Positions 46,844 to 60,037 of a stretch of 64,000 nucleotides of DNA are shown here, piece after piece. The DNA is from Octopus bimaculoides (lineage: Eukaryota). The stretch lies in contig NC_069000.1 in assembly GCF_001194135.2 (NCBI RefSeq), positions 35,754,261 through 35,818,260 of the forward strand. Direction: 5' to 3'. The notes below the pieces were generated by a model. That model was given only the letters and a program-made list of their open reading frames with translations, was not told where the DNA came from and searched no databases. A program made the position numbers and the translations under genes. How positions within the stretch are numbered: position 1 is the stretch's first letter; the number at the start of each line of letters is the position of its first letter.

Positions 46844-47590
46844 CTACCGATTTGTGTATGGAAGTAAGTTGTGTTTTATAGAGATGTCTATAGTGTGACA
46901 GCAGTGAATGAATGAATGCATGAGGACATTAGATGTACTTTGTGTATATAGAAAGAGACTTGATAGAAGTGTTTCTAGAAAAGATGGGCGATGACGGCAT
47001 TGAGTTTGGTCGATACAGCTAGTGCACGTGGAAGAAGAATAATTCTTGTGTGTGAGATGCCAGTGCAAACGTAATAGCACCAAACTACAAGCCAGGAGTC
47101 CTTAAAGAAACGGGAAAGGAACTCACTTAAACATGGCCATCGCACATTAGGGAGCCTGTTTATTCGGCTAATCACAGACCGAATAGAGCTGTAAACTTAC
47201 AGTGTCATTTGAGCCTACTTTGTGATTTAAATGTATGTTTTAAACTAATGCTAGTACAGACATGCTACAATATCAACCCCAGTACTAGACTGGTACTTTT
47301 TTTATTGACTCTGGAAGGAGAAAAGGCAAAGTCGACCTTGGTGGAAATTGAACTCACAATGTAAAAACAGGTGAAATGCCGCTAAGCATTTTATCCAGCA
47401 TGCTAACAATTCTACCAGCTCACCACTTTAATATAAATGAAATAATACTGGAATATTGAATAAATATTCAATAAAATAGTGCTTGGAAATGTAGGTAGAA
47501 ATTGATAGAAATGTGCCATGTTACTTGAGTGTGTGTGTCATATATACTTACATACACACATACGTGTATACACACACACACATACACGTA

Positions 47591-47627
<37 letters not shown>

Positions 47628-47637
47628 NNNNNNNNNN

Positions 47638-47680
<43 letters not shown>

Positions 47681-49129
47681 GGAGAGGTAAACGTAGTTTG
47701 TTATTTCAGCTGTGTCACTTCCTTCGTAAGGTTGGCCAAGGGAAATCAATACATGCACACTCATAATCAATGAAATCATGAGGAGTTATCTCCCATACAT
47801 CGCTGATGGAGAACGTACCTGATCGAAGTTATTTTTCGCTACATATTTTCATTGTTGCAACATTGAAACTTAATAGTCAGGTATTCATGTTACAAATAAG
47901 TTATTCTTATCTATTTATTTATTTGTGAACGATAACTCGGTTATTTAGCTTTTAAAGGATTTTCTAACACAAAACCGCCAGAATCTTGCCTTTCGTCTTT
48001 TTGTAAAGGTAAATTATGATGGTAACCCCTGGATATTACTGTTTCAAGACATAGGACTCATGTCACCCGTTTTCCATGGCGTATCCCGAGATAACAACAC
48101 TGCCCTTGAACGGGACGCCAGTCCACCGCAGAGTTACTCATTTACTGCCGAGTGAACTGGAGCAATGTGAAATGATAGGTTTTGTTATAGAATATAATGT
48201 ACCACCCGATCCAGGAATCGAAACCACAATCTTTCTCGTCCTTCTGTAACTCAACGAAAGCCTCATAAAGAAATTTGATAGACGGAAGCTGAAAGAAGCC
48301 CATTGTGCGAGTGCGTGTGTGCGTGCATGTGTATGTATGCGTGTGTGTGTGTGTGTGTGTGTACGAGCGTGCGTTCCCCCATCCCACGCCACCACTTGAC
48401 AATTGGTATTGGTTTGTTTACATTCCTGTGACTTAGAGGTTTGACAAAAGAGACTGATATAATAAGTACCTTGCTTTAAAAAAATGATTACTGGAGTCGA
48501 TTTGTTCAACTAAAACCCTTTAAGATAGTGCCCCCAGCATAGCTGCAGTCCAATGACTGAAACAAGTAAAAGGTAAGCCATATTTATGATAATCCATATT
48601 ACAGATAATCATCTGATGATGATGTAGCAGAACTGTTTAACACATTCATTTTATTGTAAAATTAAACATCTTGTCAATGTTACTGTTTAATCTTAAATAC
48701 TGGAATACAGGCTCACCTGAGCTTTTCTTCTCATCAAGCCACATGACTCCGTTCTTGGCCAAATTAGTTGCAGGTATTGGTTGATTTTAACTGTTCAATT
48801 GTGTGCTTGCAACAGTTTGTTCCCAACTCAGGTAAAACCATCTTTGCCCTTGGAGCCATGCCATGGTTATATAAACACCAGTTTCTCCCACTTTGTCATC
48901 TTTGGACCAGCTGCCATCGACCAGTCAGCAGCCTGTTTCACAGCCGTCTTCAACCAGTCGTCACCCATCCTCATCGTCTTCATTGTTGCAGCAACAGACA
49001 GCAGATTGCAGACTTCCTGTTATAATGTATACCCGTCACCAGTTCAGATATTCAGTTCAGTTTTATTTTGTTTAGAAGATGAGTATTACATGTCACTATA
49101 TTTGTGGCAGCTGTGAAATGAGTGTTAAC

Positions 49130-49720
49130 CCACAGATTTACAATTTGATTTTGTTCAAGTTGTTTACCTTCTTCAGACTGGCCGGCACTGGTTCAATCCT
49201 TTCTCAACCCTTCTCATCAGTTTCTAGACCAAATGCTAGTGCACATACACGGTGTTCAGGCTAAATTTGACAGTTTGCATAAAAGGAAAAGAAAACAATA
49301 CTCCATGACAACCACATCTGACTCTTTCCAGAGGTACGGCAAGGAACTGAATCCTACTACTATGCATATGCCCTTCCAGCAGCAACCCTCATCCCCCAGG
49401 GTTTGACCAGTCTCTCCCAGATTCACATACCCATCTGAATTGAGCCTAAGGCCCTGTTCATCAGTTATTTGTTGCATGAACCCCTGACGTACAGGCACAG
49501 TCAGAATGCCTGCTGTATCCTTTCCTGCAGGCTACGACTTCATAGTTTTCTTTACAAGTGTCCATGTCACATCTTACAGCCTTTACAGTGTCCACAGAGC
49601 ATCGAGTAGCAGTCATGATGTCAGCATTTTGACACACAGCATGAATCATCATGATAGAGATAACTCTTTTCCAATATTCAGATGGCTTCCAGTCCTCCAT
49701 GTCATCTAACATTTTCTAAA
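49130..49720 (-). mobile_element. Decayed Tc1/maT-like transposase
   Basis: MEDWKPSEYWKR...RCSVDTVKAVR...RK.YSRHSD and QGLRLNSDGYV segments; frameshifted; subfamily is inferred. Confidence 0.6.
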
Positions 49721-50396
49721 CCACAACTTTAATCTTTATGCTTTCCAACATCATTGACTCTTCATCGATACATCAAGCTACTCCTGAAGAAAGGAGGCAA
49801 AAAAATTGTCAAATTTAGCCCAAACACCCTGTAATTTGTTAACAGCAGCTATTGCTTCCATGACAACAGCAATAAGCAGATGCATTGTTATCTGTTTTTC
49901 AGATCAACGAACTAATGCATCGTCTCATTCATCAATTCACACAAACTGGTATCAACAGCTGAGCCAACATCATCTCTTTTCTTACCAATCATTGACCAGA
50001 AGCAACACTTTACAAATGAGTGTTCATTGTTAAGAAGAGCTTTCAAAATGGAACTAGCATTGTTGAGTGCAGTTATTGAGCACAGTAGTTGCTAAGGAAA
50101 CTAGGGGTAGATGAATGGTATGCGAGGTCTATACAAGCCATGTACAGAGATACAGTCAGCATGGTGAGAGCTAGCAATAAGTGCAATGACAAATTTCAAG
50201 TGCAGTTGGGAATCCACAAGTTTTCAGTCATCAGAAGAGAGGAGGCCTAGGAAAGACATGAGATGAAGTAGTGGAGACCAAGCTCAGAATACTGAACTTT
50301 ACAAAGGAGATGACAAAGGACTGCAGTGATTGTTGATACAAGATACTGGTAAATACCTATCCACACATGTAAGAATGGCAAGACTATCAGTTAAAT

Positions 50397-50753
50397 CGAT
50401 GGTTCTCAACCAGGACCCATATACGATTTTGTGGGGCTCACACAACAAAATAGTAAATTGGGGATCCATGATAGTATTTAAAAGGCCCCTGTAAAAATTT
50501 TGCTACTGATGTATGCAAGAAACAGTGAAGTTTCTTTCTCTAGTTTAGTTAGTTTGGCCATCCTCACAGATGCTTTTTTCTCAAAAATTTTGCATAGTTC
50601 AACCTACACAAGTTAATGCACGAGAAACAAAATAGGAATTTCGAAAGAAATTTCTATAAAACTAGTTTTTAAACATCGAATAGCTGTGGGGGTCCACCAG
50701 CGTAAAATAGTGATCAAAGGGGTCTTTAGATAAAAAAGGCTTGAAAACCCCTG
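50397..50753. mobile_element. hAT (Charlie-type) MITE, same family as 11379-11693
   Basis: Decayed TIRs cgatggttctcaac / ttgaaaacccctg; perfect TSD agttaaat; shared internal sequence. Confidence 0.82.
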
Positions 50754-51109
50754 AGTTAAATGGTGATAGGGATGGAAGCAGGGAGGTACATATATCTTCA
50801 TTTAAGTTTCTTTCCTGATACGTTCCTATTAAACCTCCATCAGCTACTTCCTCCTACCTCTTTGTTAACCTTTAGTTTCTATCATTCACCTATCTATTAT
50901 TCATCTCTCTATCATCCTGCTTGTTTTATTATTCATATCTATCTTTTATCTTTTAGTTGTTTCAGTCATTAGACTGCAGCCATTCGGTTTGCTTGTTTTT
51001 TAAACCTAGTACTTATTCTATTGATCTCTTGGGAATTCACAAGTAATTACAGGATCATGTGGAAGGGCCATAGCTTTCTTTAAGCAAGTATAGTAAAATG
51101 CCTGTGAAA

Positions 51110-51410
51110 TGATGATGATGACAATGATGATGACAATGATGATGATGATGACGATGATGATGACAATGATGATGATGATGATGACAATGATGATGATGAT
51201 GATGATGACAATGATGACGATGATAATAGTGATGATGATGATGACAATGATGATGATGACAATGATGATGATGATGATGACAATGATGATGATGATGATG
51301 ATGATGACAATGATGACGATGATAACAGTGATGATGATGACAATGATGATGATAACGATGACGATGATGATGACGACGATGACAATGATGACAATGACGA
51401 TGATGACACA
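51110..51410. repeat. Degenerate (GAT)n / GACAAT trinucleotide array
   Basis: Direct reading; source of the poly-M/H/S pseudo-ORFs. Confidence 0.95.
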
Positions 51411-51540
51411 AACATCGTATTTGCATATATGACATATCCGTCATTAGACTTATCTGTCACTGTATGAACACAATCTGAATCTCTCTACTTGACATTTTTC
51501 AAGTTATGCTATTCATGGAATGAATAATAGTCTTTAGGTA

Positions 51541-51858
51541 TGTGGCTTAGTGGTTAAGCTATTCGGCACACAATAGTAAGGTAATGAATTCAACTCCCAA
51601 CTGCACATAGTGTCCTTGAGCAAGACACTTTACTTCACATTGCTCCAGTCCACTCAGCTGGCAAAAATGAGTAATACCTGTATTTCAAAGGGCCGGCCAT
51701 ATCGCATTCAGTGTGTCACACTGAATCTCCCTGACAACTACATTAAGGATACATGTGTCTGTAGAGCGCTCAGTCACTTGTATGTTAATTTTACAAGCAG
51801 GCTGTTCCATTGATTGTATCAACTTGAACGCTTGTCATCTTAACCAACAGAGTGCCCA
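51541..51858 (+). mobile_element. Second copy of the same SINE type
   Basis: Collinear with 31987-32288. Confidence 0.78.
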
Positions 51859-52281
51859 GCCATTAGTCTATACCCAACCAGAAACAACAACTACTTCATA
51901 AACATGGAACACATCCCTAACTTTCTCTTTTACTTGTTTCAGTTATTTGACTGTGGCCATGCTGGAGCACCGCTTTTAGTCAAGCAAATCGACCCCAGGA
52001 CTTATTCTTTGGAAGCCTAGTACTTATTCTATTGGTCTCTTTTGCCGAACCGCTAAGTTATGGTGACATAAACACACTACCATCGGTTGTCAAGCGATGT
52101 TGGGGGGACAATCGCAGACACACAAACACACNNNNNNNNNNNNNNNNNNNNNNNNNNNNNNNNNNNNNNNNNNNNNNNNNNNNNNNNNNNNNNNNNNNNN
52201 NNNNNNNNNNNNNNNNNNNNNNNNNNNNNNNNNNNNNNNNNNNNNNNNNNNNNNNNNNNNNNNNNNNNNNNNNNNNNNNNN

Positions 52282-52322
<41 letters not shown>

Positions 52323-54625
52323 CATATATACGAAGGGATTCTTTCAGTTTCCATCTACCAAATCCACTCACAAGGCTTTGGTCGGCCCGAGGCTATAGTA
52401 GAAGACACTTGCCCAAGGTGCCACGCAGTGGGAATGAACCCAGAACCATGTGGTTGGTAAACAAACTACTTAGCACACAGCCACCCCTGCGCCTTTAATG
52501 TGATTCCTGATATTGATTTCAAATTTTAGCTCAGGTCAGCAATTTCAGGGAAGGGGCAATTTAATTACATCAGCCCCAGTACTTAACTGATACTTATTTT
52601 ATCGACCCCAAAAACATGAACGGCAAAGTCACCTTCAGTGGCATTTGAACGAGACAGATGAAATGCTGCTAAGCATTTTGCCTGGTGTGCTAATGATTCT
52701 GCCAGCGCACAATCTTAATCTGATTCCTGATATTAAAGTCGCATTTATCTGTATAAACATATCTTGAAAACCAGCTCCCTCATTACAACAGACAGGTCAG
52801 TCCAGATATGGAGCATGCACTGTAGCAGCAAATCACTGCATCTGCTATTTGTCAGTATTTGTACAGTTTGACCCAGGCAACCCTGTGAACAGTCTCCCTG
52901 TTAGTCCCTGTCTCTGTGACACATATCCTTATCTGCCATGACATTTGGTATGTGGCTAACCAATATGAGCCATCGCCCCAACAAGATCCTCAGAGAAGAG
53001 AACATGATATACATGATCCAACTTTGAAAATTAAGAAACATGACCAAACAGTCTCAGCTGACACTCCTGAAACATATAAGTAACAGGATGCCTCCCATTT
53101 CCTAAGTATAGCCATTGGTTGGATATGAGATCCCACCAATTGTAGTCCATAATCCTGCAAAGCATCCTGGAACCAGAGGAATTCTTCATTGAGGAACAGA
53201 CGAGGTTTCACATTTTTCTAAAGCAGTTAAATTGTACAGCCATTCATTGTCATCATCATCTCCATCTCCATTTAATATCTGCTTTCCATGCTGGCATGTA
53301 TTGGTAAGTTTGATGAAAACTGACTAACCAGAGAGCTGCAACAAGCTTTATTGTCTGGTTTGGCAAGGTTTCTATGGTTGGATGCCTTTTCTAATGCCAA
53401 CCACTTGACAGAGAGCACTGGGTGATTTTTACATTGCACTTTCCCCTGTGAAGTCACCAAGTAACTTGTAAGACAAGATTCCTCAACTAAGGTTTGAGAG
53501 AAGTATTGAGGGAAGAGGTTTTGTGCCAAGGTATAATAAAGTGACAGATACAGGTAATTTTAAACTAAAGGGCATAACTTTGCAACCGCTAATAGTAGGA
53601 CCTGTTATAACAGATCATTAGAAGAATACAGACAGAATGAAACACTGTAGAGGCATGGATTCCTAAAGGGTAGACTAACATACGTAGAAGAAATAATTCT
53701 AATCTTTGGGCTGGTAATCTTAAGATAGATAAAAAAGAAATAGGAAGAGGAATATTACTTGGTATAATCCCCCTTTCTCTAATCAGGAAAAAATGCTTTC
53801 TACAAGGTTCTTGGGAATTTTCTGCCACAACATGGATATGATCAATTATTTTAATAATTATTTCAAACTTTATTCATTAAGTTATTTATTAAAATATGGT
53901 TGAAATCAAGCAGCTCAAATAGAGTTAAATTAAATAGACAGGAAAATTGCATACTTTACACACACATACACACACACACACATGCACACACACACTCACA
54001 CAGACACACACACACTCACTCACACACACACACACACATGCATGCACACAAATACAGAATATGTCTAAATATGCATCACATAAAAAGCACCAATGATTGT
54101 GCTACATAAAGAGCACCCAGTACACTCTGTAAAGTGGTTGGTATTAGGAAAGGCATCTAGTTGTAGAAACCATGCCAGAACAGACGATGGGGCCTGGTGT
54201 GGCCCTCTAGTCTTACTAGCTCCTGTCAAACTGTCCAGCCCATGCCAGTATGGAAAACAGATGTTAAATGATAATGATCATGTATGTATGTATGTATGTA
54301 TGTATGTATGTATGTATCAGTGTGCTGATGTATATATTCAGATTTTGTGTAAATATGTCTGGTCATATGGAAATATTACTTTGCTTGGAAACAAGTGAGG
54401 GCTGGCAACAGGAAGGGCTTCCGGCCATAGAAAATCTGCCTCAATAAAACCTGTGCAGCCCATGCAAGCAGGGATAAGTTGACATTAAAATGGTAACAAC
54501 AACGATTAACACACACCCACACATGGACACATACACACACACACATGCATGCATGCATATATATACACACACTCGAGCACACGTGCACATGCATGCACAT
54601 GCACACACATACATACATACATACA

Positions 54626-54661
<36 letters not shown>

Positions 54662-54853
54662 GGATCTTTGTGATTTGACGGCCAACACTTGTTTTCTTAA
54701 CGAAACACTTTCAAACTTGGGACACCGGTAGAATGTGTCATACAAAACAACTTTTTCTCTTAGCCTTCTTAACAAAAAATTGTACAGTTTGAAAGTGTTT
54801 CGGTACCAAAAACACTACATAAAAAGATGTTGCCCGTCAAATCACAAAGGTCC
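54662..54853. mobile_element. TA-flanked MITE in an (AT)n context
   Basis: ggatctttgtgatttgacggccaaca / tgttgcccgtcaaatcacaaaggtcc, plus internal sub-TIR cgaaacactttcaaact / agtttgaaagtgtttcg. Confidence 0.82.
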
Positions 54854-55619
54854 TATATATATTGATAGATAGATTGATAGATGGACAGCCAGACCAACAG
54901 ATATATGTGTTTGTATGGATATTAATCATATGTGTACATATATGAATACATGTTTTCTCTATGAATACGTATATACATAAACACGCACACGCACACACAT
55001 ACCCATGTGTGAACTATTAATAACTGGCCTTTGACATTCCCCATTAAGTCCTTAAAGGAAAACATTCACTAATATATCTGTGTATGATGGATGTCCTTGA
55101 CATCATTCACAGCCTGGCTGACACCTCTTAAGTAAACACATCATTCACACTTAAGAACATTGTATGTACCACGGAGAATCTTCACTATCCCTCACTGTGT
55201 CATCCCATCTCGCTCAGCATTTCTCTCCCCACCTCCATACTCATCACCCAATGAATGGTGGTGGTGGTGGTGGTGGTGGCTATTTGTCATACATGTAAGT
55301 AATTACGATGGTAAATGCTAAAGAGAGATGTGCTTATAATAATTGTCTTTTTGCTAGTACTTTGTTATGGAGAGCACCAGGGAAGGTGGTATGATGATCA
55401 TATAATTGACATTTTTATTTTCAGCCCCAGGTTATTCATGCACTAACATGTTAAATGTTATCTAGCCTTGATTATTTCATCTTTTTTCTCAGACACAGTA
55501 TGTATCCAAGACCCCATTATCTAACACATCTCTCATCTTTTAAGATAGTTGCGATGTGATTTGGAAGAGATTTCGTTGCTATTTCTAGCAGAGTGAGTAG
55601 CTGCATATAACTTTCCCAC

Positions 55620-56070
55620 TGACTTGGTTAATGTGGTTAAGTCTGTAGGGAAGGTAATCAGAATGTCTACAGCTTGTATCCGGTCACCTGGCACAGGATT
55701 CTGTGTCTATGACTTACCTTCTTATCCAATATGTATAATCTTCAAATGGCACAGTTCACCTAATTATAAACTGGTACCAGAAAGTACTAACTCTACCCTG
55801 GTAGGTATATCCTACCATGTCAGTCCTAAGTCTAGAAAAAAAAAATGGAAGGTTGGGTGCTGGACCAGCAATCCAATCTCGTTAAATAGGAACAGTAAAA
55901 GAAGACCAATTGCAGAACCTGCAGGTGGAAGCATTCTGAGAACATACTAGGCAAGACCACATAACCAATGAAGATATTCTAGATAGAACCAACACAAGAC
56001 CATTTAGCAAAAAGCAAAAAGATTAAAACAAGCAGTTCATATACTCTGGCTACCAGAACAAAGTGATTTT
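55620..56070 (+). mobile_element. Internally deleted RTE-like LINE fragment
   Basis: Decayed SILRTY*QDHITNEDILDRTNTRPFS segment resembles the RT C-terminal region; preceded by LINE 5'UTR-like sequence. Confidence 0.45.
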
Positions 56071-57255
56071 AGAACATATATATATATAGATATATATATA
56101 TTCAAATTTTGAACAAAATGGCTAAAGTTTCTACTACCATAACAAATGCTTCTGCGTGTTACCAAGAAATTTATAGAGAGCTAAAAAAAAACTTCTTCTA
56201 AGCAAACAATTCTAGACTTGTTTTTTTAAGAAGAATTCTACAAGTTCATCCTTAAGTGCTTGTGAATCAGCGACTGTGTCTACAAGTGATGGTGTGCATG
56301 AGTCTAGTGTGAGTGAAAGTGATTCAGAAAATGATTATCATAATAATATTTTTTATTATAAATGATCTGGATATTTACATAGCTGCTTTTGAAATGCAAC
56401 AACATATATAAACAAACTCTTTTTGTTTTGGGAAGTGTCGAATGTGTATCATATCATACAAACAAGAAAGTAATATTTTGAATACNNNNNNNNNNNNNNN
56501 NNNNNNNNNNNNNNNNNNNNNNNNNNNNNNNNNNNNNNNNNNNNNNNNNNNNNNNNNNNNNNNNNNNNNNNNNNNNNNNNNNNNNNNNNNNNNNNNNNNN
56601 NNNNNNNNNNNNNNNNNNNNNNNNNNNNNNNNNNNNNNNNNNNNNNNNNNNNNNNNNNNNNNNNNNNNNNNNNNNNNNNNNNNNNNNNNNNNNNNNNNNN
56701 NNNNNNNNNNNNNNNNNNNNNNNNNNNNNNNNNNNNNNNNNNNNNNNNNNNNNNNNNNNNNNNNNNNNNGTCAAGCAATGACGCCGGGGTGTGAGAAAAA
56801 AACATAGACACACACACACACATAAATATATATATACGATGGGCTTCTTTCAGTTTCTGTCTACCAAATCCACTCACAAGGCTTTGTTTGGCCCAAGGCA
56901 ATAGTAGAAGACACTTGCTCAAGATGCCACACAGTGGGACTGAACCCAGAACCATTTAGTTAGAAAGCAAGCTTCTTACCACACAGCCACACCTGCACCA
57001 GGTTTATTAAATTCTGAGTTCAAATCCCATTGCTGTGAAAACAGCAGAAAAATAAAATAAAATGGTAAAATACCCAATCTTTCTGCTGTTTTCATGGGTA
57101 TATTACATTCGAAATATTACATTCTTATCTCTATGATACGATACACATTTGATGCTTCCAAAAACACAAAAAAAGTTTTTGTTTTTATATGTTGTTACAC
57201 ATAAATTTCTGTATTGCAAACTATTTCCCTCTACGTAAATTCAAGCACACATACA

Positions 57256-57289
<34 letters not shown>

Positions 57290-57849
57290 TATTCAAATAA
57301 ATTTAGGTTTGAGATGCTTTTGTACAGCCACTTTGGTGCAGCTTATTTGGCTCTGATGATTCAATGCCGATTTGCTTGACATCAGACTTTTTAATGTTTC
57401 TCTTGTTCTCTTCACCATCTCTCTTTCTCTCTCTCTCTCTCTCTCCCCCTCTCTCTTTCTTTCTTCGAGTTTATGTGTGTGAGCATATTTCTCTTCATAT
57501 GTATGAGGAGAGGAGAAAGTTTTTATATCAGTCATGTTCAATTAATAAATTGCTATCTCTCTCTCTCCCTCCTTCTCTCTTTCTATCTGCACGTGCATAT
57601 TTTTCCATATATATGTGTGTGTGAATTTACAAAGAGGGAAATAGTATTCAATACATAGTTATATGTTTATATTTCAGGTTTAGGCTTATTTTCTTTCATC
57701 ATTTTACAGTTGTCACAATCAGTTATACGATTTTCTTTTATGTGTGTGCATATATTTGCCTCCAGCACCAAAAAGTGCTGTCACCAAAACAGGTTAAATA
57801 TCCAACCAGCCATGCCAAATCATCAGCGTCCAAACAGCTGTGCCCAGTT

Positions 57850-58250
57850 GTCTCGTCTGGCTTCCGTGCTAGTGGCCCGTAATTAGCACCATTAGAGCGT
57901 AATCGTTACCAGCATTGCCTTCTAGCACTTGTGCTGGTGGCACGTTAGAAAATCATTCGAGCGAGGTCGTTGCCAGTGCCGCTGGACTGGCTCCCGTGCA
58001 GGTGGCACATAAAAAAACACCTTTTTGAGCGTGGCCGTTGCCAGTACCGTGTGACTGGCCCTCGTGCCGGTGGCACGTAAAAGCACCCAATACACTCTCG
58101 GAGTGGTTGGCATTAAGAAGGGCATCCAGCTGTAGAAACTCTGCCAGATCAGATTGGAGCCTGGTGCAGCCTTCTGGCTTGCCAGTCCTCAGTCAAATCG
58201 TCCAACCCATGCTAGCATGGAAAGCGGACGTTAAACGATGATGATGATGA
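57850..58250 (+). mobile_element. Family B SINE-like element
   Basis: Collinear with the reverse complement of 695-1247; (GAT)n tail. Confidence 0.8.
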
Positions 58251-59370
58251 CAGCAACATAAATTATGTAATAACATAATGACAATCTGTGCAGCAGAGCA
58301 AAGGTGGGATGGCCAGTTAGGCAAGTGTATTAAAATAGTTGCTAAAAGAGTTCGGAACTCAAAAATCACAAAAAGCATTTCATTTTATTTTGGGGTAAAA
58401 TGCTTTGTTCTCATAGCTGGCCGCCTACACTTTTTGCTGCAAAATAGGGGTAGCTTATCCTGTTCAGGCTATATTATTAGCATTATCCTGCGATTGAGAA
58501 TTTAAAATCACTTCTTTAACTTTCTAAGACATCTCAACGCTTCTAAAAGCAAACTTCGTTTGTTTGTTTACGTTCATCGTAATTTGAATTTAGCTTTGAT
58601 CTACATTACATCAGTTGGTCAGCCTGAACGAACAGGTACCACATTTTTTAGAAATGTTATCTGTGATAGACTAGTGTGCCTGACACACACACACACACAG
58701 AAAGGGAGAGAGAGAGAGAGAGAGAATGTTTCAAGTAGTTTCATCATCAGAGATAACAATACAAACACGTGTGTCACCATAATTTCACATTTTGTAAAAA
58801 TTTTGATATTACTCTTCACATGTCTGGTCTTTTTTGTTTTTTGTTTTTTATTATCAGGTGAGTGGAAGTGTATAACATTTTTGTCTTTTGTAAATACATT
58901 AACCAAACACATGATGACAATGGGAGTGATATACAGTTGATAACATGTGTAAGGTCAATATTAGATCAGATAAATACACAGACAAAGTACAGTTTACCTA
59001 CCTGTTGAGAATAAATATCAGATGATCTGCTACCTGAAGTTGCAAATTGAGACTGTTGAGAATTGTGTTCTGCCCAGCAACAACAATGATAACAATAATA
59101 ACAATAATAATAATAATAATAATAATTTTTTTTTTTTTATAAATAATAAAAAAATATATATAATTAAAATTTTTTTTAATAATAATAATAATAATAAAAA
59201 TAAGGGCTGCAATAAGGGTGAAGTACTTTGCAGAAAACAGCACTGTTCGGAACAGCTCAAATACTCCGCAAGGTGCTCAGAAAATAAGGGATATTATCTT
59301 AGTTAACTGGTAGTGAACAGCTGACACCGTAGTACATCTCCAGCATTAGAAGCTGTGCAAAGGCAATAAC

Positions 59371-59415
<45 letters not shown>

Positions 59416-59994
59416 CCTTTCTACTAAAGGTACAAGGCCTGAAATTTATGGGGAGAGGACTAGTTGATTATATCGACACCCAATGTTTCACTGGTACTTA
59501 ATTTATTGACCCCAAAAGGATGAAAGGTGAAGTTGACATTGGCAGAATTTGAACTCAGAACATTAAAGATGGATGAAATGCCACTAAGCATTTTGCCCAA
59601 TGTGCTAACAATCCCACCGACTCGTCACCTTAATAATAACGATAATAATAATAATCTTTTCTATTATAGACACAAGACCCGAAAGTATGTGAGAAGGACC
59701 AGTGCTTCAATGGTACTTAATTTATCGACCTCGAAATGATGAAAGGCTGAGTTGACCTCTGCAGAATTTTGAACTCAAAACATAAAGACACATGAAGTGC
59801 AGCTCACCACCTTACAATAATGATTATAATAATTATCATTTCTGTTATAAGCACAAGACCTGGAATTTGGGGCAGAGGGGACTAATCAATTACATCGACC
59901 CCAGTGCATAACTGGTACTTATTTTCTACCATAGCTTTAGCTCGACCAATGCCTTATGAGTGAATTTAGTGGATGTAATTGTTAAAGCCCATTG

Positions 59995-60037
<43 letters not shown>

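Noticed and set aside
48867-49016. Minus-strand 49-codon frame EVCNLL...VKQAADWSMAAGPKMTKWEKLVFI* resembling a terminal exon
   Set aside because: The acceptor is weak, no upstream exons were found, and the peptide resembles a decayed RTE LINE ORF2 C-terminus (..KQ..SMA...KW..LV).
44400-50240. Other CUGANGA boxes (minus strand near 44510 and 50235)
   Set aside because: They lack a correctly placed stem II, GAAAC or stem I, so they were not called hammerheads.
51055-51460. Poly-His, poly-Ser and poly-Met ORFs
   Set aside because: These are translations of a (GAT)n microsatellite.
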